Source: Squalus acanthias (taxonomy: Eukaryota). Taken from it: a stretch of 64,000 nt of DNA. Under the pieces are notes generated by a model. The model saw only the letters and a list, made by a program, of their open reading frames with translations, was not told the origin of the DNA and made no database searches. The DNA lies in contig CM059432.1 in assembly GCA_030390025.1 (NCBI GenBank), positions 55,120,001 through 55,184,000 on the forward strand, in the 5' to 3' direction. This document shows, piece by piece, positions 63,445-64,000 of the stretch. The position numbers and the translations under genes were made by a program. Positions within the stretch are counted from its first letter, which is position 1. Each line of letters starts with the position of its first letter.

Positions 63445-63913
63445 TCCTGTGTCTTTCCCAGGTTAAACTCACTTCTGGAATGACTTCCAGCACCTGCTCA
63501 TGTCAAACTGCACCTCCTCTTTAAGAGGTGCAGGCTGGCTTTAAGAAGTGCAGGCTAGCTTTAATTGATGCTAGCCCTGCATGAACCAAGACCCCCTGCT
63601 GAGCATGTAAGCCACAATCATTCTAATTAGCAGGCAGAACGAAGTTTGCATGTAAGAACGGGCACGGGTTGATCCTGCATTGCGATCCCCGCGACCGTTT
63701 TTGGGGGCAATTGAATTCTTAGCCCTCTTAATATTTTTAATAAAACTTTTGCTGTTAGCTTTGATATGCCTTGCAAGTTTTTTTTATATTCCCTTTTTGT
63801 ACCTCTTATTACATTCTTTGTATCCCTTTTTTTATTTTTATAGCTCTCCCAGTCTGCTGGATTCCTACTTTTCCTTACATTTGCATAAGCCTTTTCATTT
63901 AGCTTGATACTGT

Positions 63914-64000
63914 GGGCTCGATTTTGTCATTGGGGTGGGCTGGAGTCGTGTCATCCGCTTTTCGTGTTAGCCACCCGACTCCAATTCGATGTGGGAGAAT
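63914..64000. mobile_element. Start of another Harbinger-type element (runs off the window)
   Basis: GGGCTCGATTTTG interrupts the CR1 sequence and matches the reverse complement of the end at 17243. Confidence 0.5.

Larger units (their letters stand above)
58093..63725. mobile_element. Decayed PIF/Harbinger transposon (short transposase remnant + near 61091, Myb gene -) inserted in the CR1
   Basis: Ends TAGCCAAGAAATC / GAATTCTTAGCCC; splits a CR1; left boundary uncertain by 1-2 bp. Confidence 0.82.
55548..63910 (-). mobile_element. CR1 LINE in pieces (55548-56215, 56416-56558, 58007-58091, 63726-63910), hosting nested insertions
   Basis: ORF 55621-56028 has RRLRGNLIEVFKI. The pieces at 58021-58091 and 63726-63910 are contiguous in the homologous CR1 at 45200-45320. 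Confidence 0.8.

Noticed and set aside
1628..64000. The many remaining 60-170 aa ORFs in the track
   Set aside because: They are antisense or alternative frames of repeats, or chance ORFs with non-ATG starts and no recognisable motifs.

Overview
Vertebrate genomic DNA, almost certainly from a cartilaginous fish (shark-type HE1/V-SINE, SacSINE1-like Deu-SINE and HER1/CR1-type LINEs). The only host coding sequence I can support is a 123-bp internal exon at 50718-50840 (+). It encodes the cytoplasmic end and transmembrane helix of collectin-12 (COLEC12/CL-P1), so the rest of the window is most likely COLEC12 intron. That intron holds many decayed mobile elements: an RTE LINE, several CR1 LINEs, a second poly(A)-tailed CR1-group LINE family, an L2 relic, SINEs, two antisense solo LTRs, a Tigger/pogo-like MITE and Penelope-type palindromic fragments. 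The most notable feature is a dense, diverse set of PIF/Harbinger-type DNA transposons: about 8 copies with remnants of a DDE transposase and/or a convergent three-exon Myb/SANT gene, plus many MITEs. They share a degenerate terminal signature (GG-N4-RAWWTT) and, where ends can be read, 3-bp duplications of variable sequence. Nesting goes up to four levels deep. No intact transposon gene, tRNA or rRNA gene, or CRISPR array was found. All family assignments come from motif recognition, not database searches.
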